Positions 35,483-44,350 of a DNA stretch of 55,514 bases are shown one piece after another. The notes under the pieces are model-generated. The model had not been told where the DNA came from. It was given only the letters and a program-made list of their open reading frames with translations, and did no database searches. Source of the stretch: Betaproteobacteria bacterium (lineage in GTDB: Bacteria; Pseudomonadota; Gammaproteobacteria; Burkholderiales; SG8-39). The position numbers and the translations under genes were made by a program. The DNA lies in contig VGIA01000002.1 of NCBI GenBank assembly GCA_016868105.1, forward strand, positions 1-55,514, read 5' to 3'. How positions within the stretch are numbered: position 1 is the stretch's first letter; each line of letters opens with the position of its first letter.

Positions 35483-36901
35483 ATGCCCGACATGCGTTCG
35501 GACCTGTGCGCCCTCACCGCCACCGAACTCCTTGAGGGCTATCGGAAAAAGGCCTTCTCCCCGGTGGAGGTCACACGCGCGGTGCTGGCGCGCATCGAGC
35601 GCCTCAACCCGGTGCTGAATGCCTTCGTGCTGGTGGCCCGCAAGGAGGCGCTGGCCGCGGCCAAGGCCTCCGAGGCCCGCTGGCGCGTCGGCCACCCCAT
35701 GGGGCTGCTGGATGGCGTGCCGGTGTCCATCAAGGACCTGCTGCTCACGCGCGGCTGGCCCACGCTGCGCGGCTCGAGGACGATCGATCCGCGCGGGCCC
35801 TGGAACGACGAGGCGCCCTGCACGGCGCGCCTGCGCGAGCACGGCGCGGTGCTGCTGGGCAAGACCGCGACGCCGGAGTTCGGCTGGAAAGGCGTCACAG
35901 ACAGCCCGCTGTCGGGGATCACGCGCAATCCCTGGAACCCGAAGATGACCCCGGGCGGTTCCTCCGGCGGCGGCGCGGCCGCGGTGTCCTCCGGCATGGG
36001 CCCGCTCACCGTGGGCACCGACGGCGGTGGCTCGATCCGGATTCCCTGCGGCTTCACCGGCCTGTTCGGCATCAAGCCTTCGTTTGGCCGGGTGCCGGCC
36101 TGGCCGCTCTCGCCCATGGGCACGGTGGCGCATGTGGGACCCATGAGCCGCACGGTGGCGGACGCGGCGCTGATGATGAACGTCATCACCCTGCCCGATG
36201 CGCGCGACTGGCATTCGCTGCCCTGGGACGCGCGCGACTACCGCGTCGGGCTGGAGGACGGCGTCAAGGGCCTGCGCATCGCCTACTCCGCCGACCTGGG
36301 CTACGCCAGGGTGGACCCCGAAGTGGCGAAGATCGTCAGCAAGGCGGTGAACGCGCTCAGCGACCTGGGCGCTATCGTCGAGGAGGAGGACCCGGGCTTC
36401 GATGACGCGCTGCAGCTGTTCGCCGACCACTGGTTCCCGGGCGCGGCCTCGGTGGTGCGCGCAATTCCCGCCGCGAAGCGAATGCTCATGGACAAGGGCC
36501 TGCTCGAGGTGGCGCGGGATGGCGAGAAGCTAACCACGGCGCAGTACTTGGATGCCGTGAAGCAGCGCGGTGCGCTCGGCGAGCGCATGAACCACTTCCA
36601 CGCCCGCTTCGACCTGCTGCTCACGCCCACCCTGCCGCTGCCCGCGTTCAAGGCGGGGCGCGAGGTGTCCGGGTTGCTGAAGGAGAAACGCTGGACCGAC
36701 TGGACCCCGTTCAGCTACCCCTTCAACCTGACGCAGCAACCTGCGGCCACCGTGCCCTGCGGCCTCACCAAGTCCGGCCTGCCGGTGGGCCTGCACATCG
36801 TGGGGCCCCGCTACGCCGACGCGCTGGTGCTGCGCGCCGCTCGCGCCTTCGAGTCCACCCACCCCTACCGGGCCCCCAACCTCGCCAAGCTCGAAAACTA
36901 G
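35483..36901 (+). CDS. amidase-signature family amidase
   Basis: 472 aa with GGSSGGGAAAV and GTDGGGSIRIP amidase-signature motifs. The alternative start ATG 35492 lies 7 nt after TACAAT. Confidence 0.85.
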   Translation: MPDMRSDLCALTATELLEGYRKKAFSPVEVTRAVLARIERLNPVLNAFVLVARKEALAAAKASEARWRVGHPMGLLDGVPVSIKDLLLTRGWPTLRGSRTIDPRGPWNDEAPCTARLREHGAVLLGKTATPEFGWKGVTDSPLSGITRNPWNPKMTPGGSSGGGAAAVSSGMGPLTVGTDGGGSIRIPCGFTGLFGIKPSFGRVPAWPLSPMGTVAHVGPMSRTVADAALMMNVITLPDARDWHSLPWDARDYRVGLEDGVKGLRIAYSADLGYARVDPEVAKIVSKAVNALSDLGAIVEEEDPGFDDALQLFADHWFPGAASVVRAIPAAKRMLMDKGLLEVARDGEKLTTAQYLDAVKQRGALGERMNHFHARFDLLLTPTLPLPAFKAGREVSGLLKEKRWTDWTPFSYPFNLTQQPAATVPCGLTKSGLPVGLHIVGPRYADALVLRAARAFESTHPYRAPNLAKLEN

Positions 36902-36904
36902 GGG

Positions 36905-36960
36905 CAGACCACGATTTCCGCCTTGGCGCTCTCGGTAATCGTGGTCTGTCCCTGATTTTT
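36905..36960 (+). terminator. 11-bp perfect stem-loop followed by a T-run between the amidase and the acyl-CoA ligase
   Basis: CAGACCACGAT (36905-36915) pairs with ATCGTGGTCTG (36938-36948), with a 22-nt loop, followed by tccctgaTTTTT. The T-run is 7 nt from the stem, so this is not a textbook terminator. Confidence 0.4.
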
Positions 36961-38511
36961 ATGCCAATGGAACCGAGGCACTTCGCGCACTGGCCGCCGC
37001 ACCTGCCGCGCAGCCTGCCTGCGCCGCAGATCACGCTGGGGGCGATGCTGGAGCGCACCGCGCAGGCCTTCCCGGACAAGCCCGCCTCGATCTTCCGCGA
37101 TCAAGTCCTGAGCTGGGGCAAGCTGCGGCGCCGCGCCGAGGCGCTGGCCGGGCACCTGCGGCAGGCCTGCGGCGTGCAGCGCGGCGACCGGGTGCTGCTC
37201 GACCTGCAGAACGGCAGCGACTTCGTGGTCGCCTTCTTCGGCATCCTGCGCGCCGAGGCAGTGGTGGTGCCGGTGAGCCCGGCCAACCTCGGCAGCGAGC
37301 TGGCGCACTACCTGTCAGACAGCGAGGCGCGCGTCGCGATCACCGAACCCGAGACCGCGTCGCGCTTCGCCGGCCTCGATGTCGAACACCTCATCGTCAT
37401 GGGGCAGACGCCGCTGCGAGACCTCGCGCCTTCGCCCTCGCGCGCCGCCCATCACGAACTGTGCCTGATGCCCTACACCTCGGGGAGCACCGGCAAGCCC
37501 AAGGGCTGCATGCACACCCACGCTACCGTGCTGCACAACATCGTCGGCGCCGCGGCCTGGAAGCGCATCACCGAGGCCACCGTGGCGCTGGCCACCGCGC
37601 CCTTCTTCCACGTCACCGGGCTGATACACAGCCTGCTCGCGACCGTGTGGGCCGGCGGCACCATGGTGATCCAGCGCCGCTGGGATCCCCTGGAAGCCGC
37701 GCGCCTGGTCGAGCGCCACGGCTGCACCCACTGGGACAACGTGCCCACCATGGTGGTGGACCTGCTGTCGCACCCGGAGGCGCTGCGGCACGACCTGGGC
37801 TCGCTGAAGTGGATTTTCGGCGGTGGCGCCGCCATGCCCGAGGCGATCGCGCAGAAGCTCTATGACCTGTGCGGCGTGCGCTACATCGAGGGCTACGGCA
37901 TGACCGAAACCATTTCCCAGACCCACATCAACCCGCCGCAGAATCCGAAGAAGCAGTGCCTGGGCATCCCGACCTTCGACACCGAGTCCCTGGTCGTGGA
38001 CCCGGCGACCTTCAAGGTCCTCGGTCCCGGCGAGCCGGGCGAAATCTTGGTGCGCGGCCCGCAGCTGCTCACCGGCTACTGGAAAAACGAGCCGGCGTAC
38101 CGGGAATCCCTGTGCACCATTGACGGCAAACGGTTTTTCCGCACCGGCGACCTCGGCCGCACCGACGAAGACGGCTACTTCTTCATCTCCGACCGCCTGA
38201 AGCGCATGATCAACGCCGCCGGCTTCAAGGTCTGGCCGGCGGAGGTGGAAGCCGCCATGTACCAGCACCCCGCGATCAAGGAATGCTGCATCATCGCCTC
38301 GCCCGACGAGCGCCGCGGCGAGACGGTCAAGCTGGTCGCGGTGCTCAAACCGGGCGAGAACGCGACCGGCGAGCAGATACGGGACTGGGCACGCTCGCGG
38401 ATGGCGGCCTACAAGGTGCCGCGCAAGGTGGAGTTCATCGACGCCCTGCCCCGCACCGGCTCGGGCAAGCTGCTGTGGCGGGCGCTGCAGGAAAAGGAGT
38501 TCGGGCAATGA
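36961..38511 (+). CDS. AMP-dependent synthetase/ligase (acyl-CoA ligase family)
   Basis: 516 aa with YTSGSTGKPKGC, GYGMTE, TGDLG and KVPRKVEF motifs. Confidence 0.85.
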   Translation: MPMEPRHFAHWPPHLPRSLPAPQITLGAMLERTAQAFPDKPASIFRDQVLSWGKLRRRAEALAGHLRQACGVQRGDRVLLDLQNGSDFVVAFFGILRAEAVVVPVSPANLGSELAHYLSDSEARVAITEPETASRFAGLDVEHLIVMGQTPLRDLAPSPSRAAHHELCLMPYTSGSTGKPKGCMHTHATVLHNIVGAAAWKRITEATVALATAPFFHVTGLIHSLLATVWAGGTMVIQRRWDPLEAARLVERHGCTHWDNVPTMVVDLLSHPEALRHDLGSLKWIFGGGAAMPEAIAQKLYDLCGVRYIEGYGMTETISQTHINPPQNPKKQCLGIPTFDTESLVVDPATFKVLGPGEPGEILVRGPQLLTGYWKNEPAYRESLCTIDGKRFFRTGDLGRTDEDGYFFISDRLKRMINAAGFKVWPAEVEAAMYQHPAIKECCIIASPDERRGETVKLVAVLKPGENATGEQIRDWARSRMAAYKVPRKVEFIDALPRTGSGKLLWRALQEKEFGQ

Positions 38512-38686
38512 CGCTCTAGTTCAATGCCGCGGGCATCACGCACCGTGGCGCCCATGGGGGAGAAAAACGAGGACTGAATCGCCATCGGCTTGCGGATACC
38601 CCAGGGGTCCATTGACGTGGCGCAGCATTGCACCCCACCAAAACGCCTATAGAGTGATTGTCTTCTCAGGATAGGAAATCAAAACC

Positions 38687-38947
38687 ATGAAAATAAAAGC
38701 ATGCGCACTCTCCTCAGCCGCCCTGCTTGCGTTCACCGTCCAGTGCGCCTTCTCGCAGGACAAGCCCAAGCCCCCGCCGGTCACCCCCTTCGCCACCGGC
38801 TTCATGGACCCGAAGGACAACAGCTTCTGGGGCCGTCCGGCGTACCTGGCGCAGTTGAAGGACGGGTCGCTGCTGGTGTCCGACGAGCAGCTGGGCGCGA
38901 TCTACCGTATCAGCTACAGCGCGCCGGCTCCCGCGAAGAAGAACTAG
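38687..38947 (+). pseudogene. remnant of a PQQ-dependent sugar (sorbosone-type) dehydrogenase: signal peptide fused to the last ~50 residues
   Basis: MKIKACALSSAALLAFTVQCAFS signal, then FATGFMDPKDNSFWGRPAYLAQLKDGSLLVSDEQLGAIYRISY, which matches the C-terminal blade of that ~370-aa family. The roughly 300 residues in between are absent. Confidence 0.5.
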
Positions 38948-39528
38948 TGCGCCTGCAAGTCGGGGGGCGGTGGGCTGTGCTCACCGCCCTTTTCATTTGC
39001 GCTTCGGTCCATGCGCAGGCGCCGCCCTCCGTGGCAAGGCTGAAGTCCTGCGCCCAATGCCACGGCGAGGACGGCAACTCCTTGAACGCTGGCACGCCCT
39101 CCATCGCCGCACAGCCGCGCATCTTCCTCGAGAACTACCTCGTGCTGACGCGCGAAGGCCTGCGCGGGTCGGACGCGATGCAGAGGCTGCTGAAGGGGCT
39201 GCCCGATCGCGACATCTTAGCCTTTGCGCGGCACTACTCAAGCCTGAAGGCCGTTCCCGCGCCCGGGGCGGTGGACCGGGTGCTGTTCGAGCGCGGCCGC
39301 GCCATCGCCGCCCGCAGCCGCTGCGGCAGCTGCCACCTGCCCGACTACAGCGGCCGCGAGCAGATGCCGCGCCTCGCGGGCCAGCGCGAGGAGTTCCTGC
39401 TTGAGGTCATGCTGCAGTACCGCCAGAACCGGCGCCGTGGTGGCGACACCATGATGTCGGCCGCGCTGCACGGCATCCCGGAGTCCGAGTTTCCCGCGCT
39501 GGCGCACTTCTTTTCGCGCCTCAAATGA
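38947..39528 (+). CDS. dihaem c-type cytochrome (c4-like)
   Basis: GTG 38947. Signal RLQVGGRWAVLTALFICASVHA and two CxxCH motifs (CAQCH, CGSCH). Confidence 0.75.
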   Translation: MRLQVGGRWAVLTALFICASVHAQAPPSVARLKSCAQCHGEDGNSLNAGTPSIAAQPRIFLENYLVLTREGLRGSDAMQRLLKGLPDRDILAFARHYSSLKAVPAPGAVDRVLFERGRAIAARSRCGSCHLPDYSGREQMPRLAGQREEFLLEVMLQYRQNRRRGGDTMMSAALHGIPESEFPALAHFFSRLK

Positions 39529-41567
39529 CCCCCCTGCGCGCGGCGTTGGCGCTGGCGACGCTCGCGCCCCTGCATGCGCAAGGCGACGCCCAGGACGCGA
39601 TCTCGGTCACCGCCACCCGCGTTGAGCGCCCTACGCTCGAGATTCCCGCCGCCGTGGACCGCGTGCGCGAAGAGGACATCGGCTGGGGCAAGCCGCAGGT
39701 GAACCTGTCGGAGTCCCTCGGTCGCGTTCCCGGCATCTCGGTGCACAACCGCAACAACTACGCCCAGGACCTGCAGATCACCTCGCGCGGCTTCGGCAGC
39801 CGCGCCACCTTCGGTATTCGCGGCCTGCGCCTGATCGCCGACGGCATCCCGGCGAGCTTCCCGGACGGCCAGGGGCAGGTGTCGCACTTCGACCTGGGTT
39901 CCGCGGGCGGCATCGAGGCGCTGCGCGGCCCGTTCTCGGTGATGCACGGCAACGCCTCGGGCGGGGTCATCAGCCTGACGACCGAGCGCGGCACGCCGGG
40001 GCTGGCGGGCTCGTTCTCCATCGGCAGCCACGGCGCCCGCCGCGCGGCGCTGAAACTGGGCGGCGAGGGCTGGCTGGTCAGTTCCGCGCGCTTCAGCACC
40101 GAGGGCTATCGCGACCACAGCCGGGCGGTGCGCGAACAGCTGAACGCAAAAGCGGAGTTCTCCCCCGGCAGCGGCACGCGCGTGACGCTCATCGCCAATG
40201 CCTTCGCCAGCCCGGAAACGCAGGACCCTTCCGGCATGACGCGCGCGCAGATGGAAGCCAACCCCAAGCAGGTGGCGGCGACGGTGCTGCAGTTCGACAC
40301 GCGCAAGAGCCAGGCGCAGAACCAGTTCGGGGCATCCTTTTCGCATCGTCTGTCGGAGGCGGCGACGCTGCATGGGTCGCTGCACGCCGGCGAGCGTGTG
40401 GTGCGGCAGTACCTGGGGTTCCTCGGCTCGGCCCCGGCCACCACCTCCGGCGGCGTGCTGAACCTGGACCGCGGCTACGGCGGCGCGTCGCTGCGGCTGG
40501 AGAGGCGCGGTGCGCTGCTCGGGCGGCCGCTGACGGTAAGCTTTGGCGGCGAAGTCGAGCGCATGGTGGACCGGCGGACCGGCTGGGTGAACCAGAATGG
40601 CCAGATCGGGGCCCTGCGCCGCGACGAGGACAACCTCGTCAATGCCACCGGCGCCTACGCGCAAGGCGAGTGGCGCTTCGCCGACCAATGGATCGCGCTC
40701 GCTGGCCTGCGCGCCAGCCGCGTCGCCTTCCAGTTGAAGGACTTCTTCATCGTTGCCGGCAACCCGGACGACAGCGGCAGCCGCAGCTACAGCGCCCTGA
40801 CCCCGGCGCTGGGGCTGCTGTACCGCGCCACCCCCGCGATCAGCCTCTAAGCCAACCACGGCCGCGGCTTCGAGACCCCGACCTTCGTCGAACTCGCCTA
40901 CCGCCCCGACGGCAGCGGCATGAACTTCGCGCTGGAAGCCTCGCGCAGCCGGCACCTGGAAGCAGGCGTCAAGGCGGTGCTGGGCGCCACGACGCGGCTC
41001 AACCTGGCCCTCTTCGAGGTCGCCACGGAGCGCGAGATCGTGGTGGACACCAACGTGGGCGGCCGCAGCACGTTCAAGAACGCCGGCTGCACGCGCCGCA
41101 GCGGGCTGGAACTGGGGCGGGAATCGAGCCTCCCGTTCGGCCTGGAGGCGGCGCTCGCCTGGACGCTGCTGGAGGCCACTTTCCACGACACCTTCACTTC
41201 AGGCGCCGTGACCGTGCCCTCGGGCAACCGCCTGCCGGCCGTGGCGCGCAACACCTTGTATGGCGAGTTGCGCTGGAAGCATGCGCCCAGCGGCTTCACG
41301 CTGGCGCTGGAGGCACAGCACAAGTCGAGGGTGGCGGCGGACGACGTGAATTCCGACTTCGCCGCCGGCTACACCACCGCGAACCTTGCGGCCGGATTCA
41401 CGCAATCGGGCGGCAAGTGGAGGCTGAGCGAGTTCATCCGCATCGGCAACCTCGCCGACCGGCGCTACGCCGGCTCGGTCATCGTCAACGAAAGCAACAG
41501 CCGCTTCTTCGAGCCTTCGCCGGGGCGCACCGCCATGGTGGGGGTGCAGGCGAAGTTGGGGTTCTAG
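39525..41567 (+). pseudogene. TonB-dependent outer-membrane receptor interrupted by one in-frame TAA
   Basis: ORFs 39525-40850 and 40920-41567 share one frame. The sequence across the stop reads ATPAISL*ANHGRGFETPTFVELAYRPD, where homologues have Tyr. Plug motifs are present and the C-terminus is the aromatic QAKLGF. Confidence 0.7.
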
Positions 41568-41962
41568 CCCCGGGCGTTGCGCAGGCCGACCACGGCCTCG
41601 ATCTCCACCTTCATTCCCGGGATGGCAAGCTCACTCACGCCGATGAGCGTGCTCGCCGGCCGCGACCTGCCGAAGAACGCCTTGCGCACCGGATTGATCT
41701 TCCTGCGGTCGTTAATATCAGTGAGGTAGACCGTGACCTTGAGCACGTCAGCGAATGTGGCCTCGGCGGCATGCAGCGCGACCTCCAGGTTCTGCAGCAC
41801 CTGGCGCGCCTGCGCCACCACGTCGTCGCTCACCACCCTGCCCTTGGCGTCGATAGGCGCCATGCCGGAGATGAATAAAAGCTCGCCCCAGCGCACCGCG
41901 TCGCAGTAGTGGCTGATGGGCGTGGCGAGCCCCGGCAGCATGAATTCCTGTTTGCGCTTCAT
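41564..41962 (-). CDS. RidA/YjgF/UK114-family protein
   Basis: 132 aa: ISGMAPIDAKGRVVSDDVVAQARQVLQNLEVALHAAEATFADVLKVTVYLTDI...PASTLIGVSEL. ATGA overlap with the acyl-CoA dehydrogenase gene. Confidence 0.8.
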   Translation of the reverse strand: MKRKQEFMLPGLATPISHYCDAVRWGELLFISGMAPIDAKGRVVSDDVVAQARQVLQNLEVALHAAEATFADVLKVTVYLTDINDRRKINPVRKAFFGRSRPASTLIGVSELAIPGMKVEIEAVVGLRNARG

Positions 41963-43086
41963 AGGCGTTTTGCAACCTCCTCCAGCATGACCTCGGTGGC
42001 CCCGCCGCCGATGGATTGCACCCGCGCGTCGCGGTACATGCGCTCGATCGCCGAGTCCTTCATGTAGCCGGCGCCGCCGTGGAACTGCAGGCAGTCGTAC
42101 ATCACCTCGTTCACCAACTCGCCGCAGTAGGCCTTGGCCATGGACACTTCCCGCACGCAGTCGCGGCCCTGCGCGTCCAGCTCCGCCGCGTGGCGCACCA
42201 GCTGCCGTCCCGCCTCCACCTTCGCCGCCAGCATGGACAAGCGCTGCCGGATGGCCTGCCTGTCCCACAGCGGCGCACCGAACGCCTTGCGCGTGCGCAC
42301 GTAGTCCAGGGTCAATTCGATGGCGCGCTGCGACTCGCCCATGGCCATGGCGCCGATGGCGATGCGCTCGTTTTGGAAATTCCTCATGATGGAGTAGAAG
42401 CCGCGGTGCGCCTCGCCCAGCAGGTTCGCCGCCGGCACGCGGCAGTCCTCGAACACCAGTTCCGCGGTGTCCGAGGAGCGCCAGCCCATCTTGTCCAGCC
42501 GCCGCCCGACCGAGAAGCCCTTCAGCCCCTTCTCCACGATGAACATCGACAGGCCCTTGGAGCCGCCTGCCGGGTCGGTCTTCGCCGCGACGAAGTAGAT
42601 GTCGGCCAGCGCGCCATTGGTGATGAACATCTTCGAGCCGCGCAGCACCCATTCTCCGCCATCGAGCCTCGCGGTGGTGCGGATGGATTTCACGTCCGAG
42701 CCCGCGTCGGGCTCGGTCACCGCCACCGCGCTGATGGCTTCGCCGGAGATGATGCGCGCTAGCCAGGCCTTGATCTGCTCCGGAGACCCGGCATTCACCA
42801 GGTGCGGCGAGGCCATGTCGGTGTGCACCAGCACCGTGATGGCGAAACCGCCGAAGGTGGAGCGGCCCAGTTCCTCCGCCAGCAGCGCCGTAGCGCGGGC
42901 ATCCAGTCCGCCGCCGCCATGCGCCTGCGGATAGCGCAGCCCCAGGAACCCCAGCCTGCCCATCTGCCGCAGGATCTCCCGCGGCACGAAGCCCTGCGCT
43001 TCCCACGCCGCCGCGTGCGGCACCACTTCCCTCTCCACGAAACGGCGGAGGCTCTCGCGCAGCAGGAGCAGCGTTTCGTCGTCCAT
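41959..43086 (-). CDS. acyl-CoA dehydrogenase
   Basis: 375 aa: VTEPDAGSD, KMFITNG and QFHGGAGYM...IGGGATEV motifs. Confidence 0.88.
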   Translation of the reverse strand: MDDETLLLLRESLRRFVEREVVPHAAAWEAQGFVPREILRQMGRLGFLGLRYPQAHGGGGLDARATALLAEELGRSTFGGFAITVLVHTDMASPHLVNAGSPEQIKAWLARIISGEAISAVAVTEPDAGSDVKSIRTTARLDGGEWVLRGSKMFITNGALADIYFVAAKTDPAGGSKGLSMFIVEKGLKGFSVGRRLDKMGWRSSDTAELVFEDCRVPAANLLGEAHRGFYSIMRNFQNERIAIGAMAMGESQRAIELTLDYVRTRKAFGAPLWDRQAIRQRLSMLAAKVEAGRQLVRHAAELDAQGRDCVREVSMAKAYCGELVNEVMYDCLQFHGGAGYMKDSAIERMYRDARVQSIGGGATEVMLEEVAKRL

Positions 43087-43090
43087 GCGC

Positions 43091-44263
43091 CTATCTTAGG
43101 CGATGCGCCGCCAGCTGGTGCCGGAACCAGAGCGCCAGCAAAGGCAGCCCGGCGGCGGACACCAGGTACGCCGGCAGCGCGCCGTAGCCGTCCACGGCGT
43201 GCGCGGCGAGCCACACGCCCAGGGACTGCCCGGTGAACAGCAAACAGGCGAACAGCGCCACCGCCGCGCCGCGCGCTTCAGGCGCCATCTGCGTCGCGTG
43301 CACCTGCAGCGTGTTGTGCAGCATGTACAGGCCGACGCCCACCAACAGCACGCAGGCCACGGCAAGTGCGGCCACGGGTGCGAAGGCAAGGCCGAGCAAG
43401 CCCAGGCCGGCAAGCAACCCGCCGCCCATCGCCACCCGCCCCTCGCCCAGCCACGGCAGCAGCCGCCCGGACACCAGCGCATACGACAGGCCGCCCAGCG
43501 GGAACGCCGACAGCAGCGCCCCGCTCTGCCCCGGGCCAAGACCGAAGCGCTGCTGCGCGTCCCAGGCGACGAACGCGAGCGGCCCGTACAGCAACGCACC
43601 CTCCAGGAACACCGTCGCCAGCATCACCCGCACCCAGCGCTCGCGCGCCAGCCCCGCCATGCGCAGGAACGACTCGCGCAGCGTCGGCCCGCTCCCGGCC
43701 CGCTGCGCCGTTGCCGGATTCGTGCGCAGCTCGAACCCCAGCAGCGCCGCGATCGCAACGTACAGGCCGGTGAGCGCCTGGAACACCGCCTGCCAGCCGT
43801 GGCGCTCGCCCAGCCAGCCCGAGGCCATGGCCGCGAGTGCGATGCCGAACATGTGGCCGATGAGGAAGCGCGCCAGCACCGGCTGGCGCCGCTCGTAGGG
43901 CACCGTGTCGCCAATCCAGGCCATGGCGAGGGGCACGATCGCCCCCACCGTGGCGCCGGTGGCGAAGCGCGCCGCCACCAGCAGCGGCAGCGAGGGCGCC
44001 AGCGCGCAGGCGAGGTTGCCCGCGGCCGAGATCGCCGTGACCCAGAACACCATGCGGTACTTGCCGACGCGGTCGCCGATGGGGCCGTTCACCACCTGCA
44101 GCAGGCCGTAGGCGAGGCCGAAGGCGGTGATCACGGCGGAGGCGCCGCCGGCGGTGGCGCCGAAGGCCTGCGCCAGCAGCGGCAGCAGCGGGTCGGGGGC
44201 GCGCAGCGCCGCCGCGCTCGCAAACGAGGCCAGCGACAGGACGACGAGGGCTCGGCTGCTCAA
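43091..44263 (-). CDS. MFS transporter
   Basis: 390-aa protein with 12 TM-like segments and GPIGDRVGKYR loop motif. TTG start. Confidence 0.75.
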   Translation of the reverse strand: MSSRALVVLSLASFASAAALRAPDPLLPLLAQAFGATAGGASAVITAFGLAYGLLQVVNGPIGDRVGKYRMVFWVTAISAAGNLACALAPSLPLLVAARFATGATVGAIVPLAMAWIGDTVPYERRQPVLARFLIGHMFGIALAAMASGWLGERHGWQAVFQALTGLYVAIAALLGFELRTNPATAQRAGSGPTLRESFLRMAGLARERWVRVMLATVFLEGALLYGPLAFVAWDAQQRFGLGPGQSGALLSAFPLGGLSYALVSGRLLPWLGEGRVAMGGGLLAGLGLLGLAFAPVAALAVACVLLVGVGLYMLHNTLQVHATQMAPEARGAAVALFACLLFTGQSLGVWLAAHAVDGYGALPAYLVSAAGLPLLALWFRHQLAAHRLR

Positions 44264-44350
44264 TGCGCTGCTTGGCGCATCACTGCACCCATCCCTGCAA
44301 CTGCAGGCCGGCGCGGGCGCAAAGCAGGGCTGCGAACAGCAGGGACTTCC

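Noticed and set aside
36905-36960. Long stem-loop before the acyl-CoA ligase considered as a riboswitch or small RNA
   Set aside because: It is a single 11-bp hairpin with an unstructured 22-nt loop and no recognisable riboswitch core. I kept it only as a low-confidence terminator or attenuator.
38512-38686. 175-bp lower-GC intergenic region inspected for a tRNA, small RNA or promoter
   Set aside because: I could find no cloverleaf, no convincing -35/-10 pair at proper spacing, and only a compositionally odd 74-aa antisense ORF. A small RNA cannot be excluded without covariance-model searches.
39345-41186. 613-aa minus-strand ORF opposite the TonB receptor; similar long antisense ORFs at 4853-5875, 5927-7543, 10189-11688, 11783-13177, 14199-15785, 33028-34896 and 53171-54589
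   Set aside because: All have low-complexity Arg/Ala/Gly composition, no family motifs, and lie opposite genes with clear homology signatures. They are open only because GC-rich codon usage depletes stop codons on the opposite strand.
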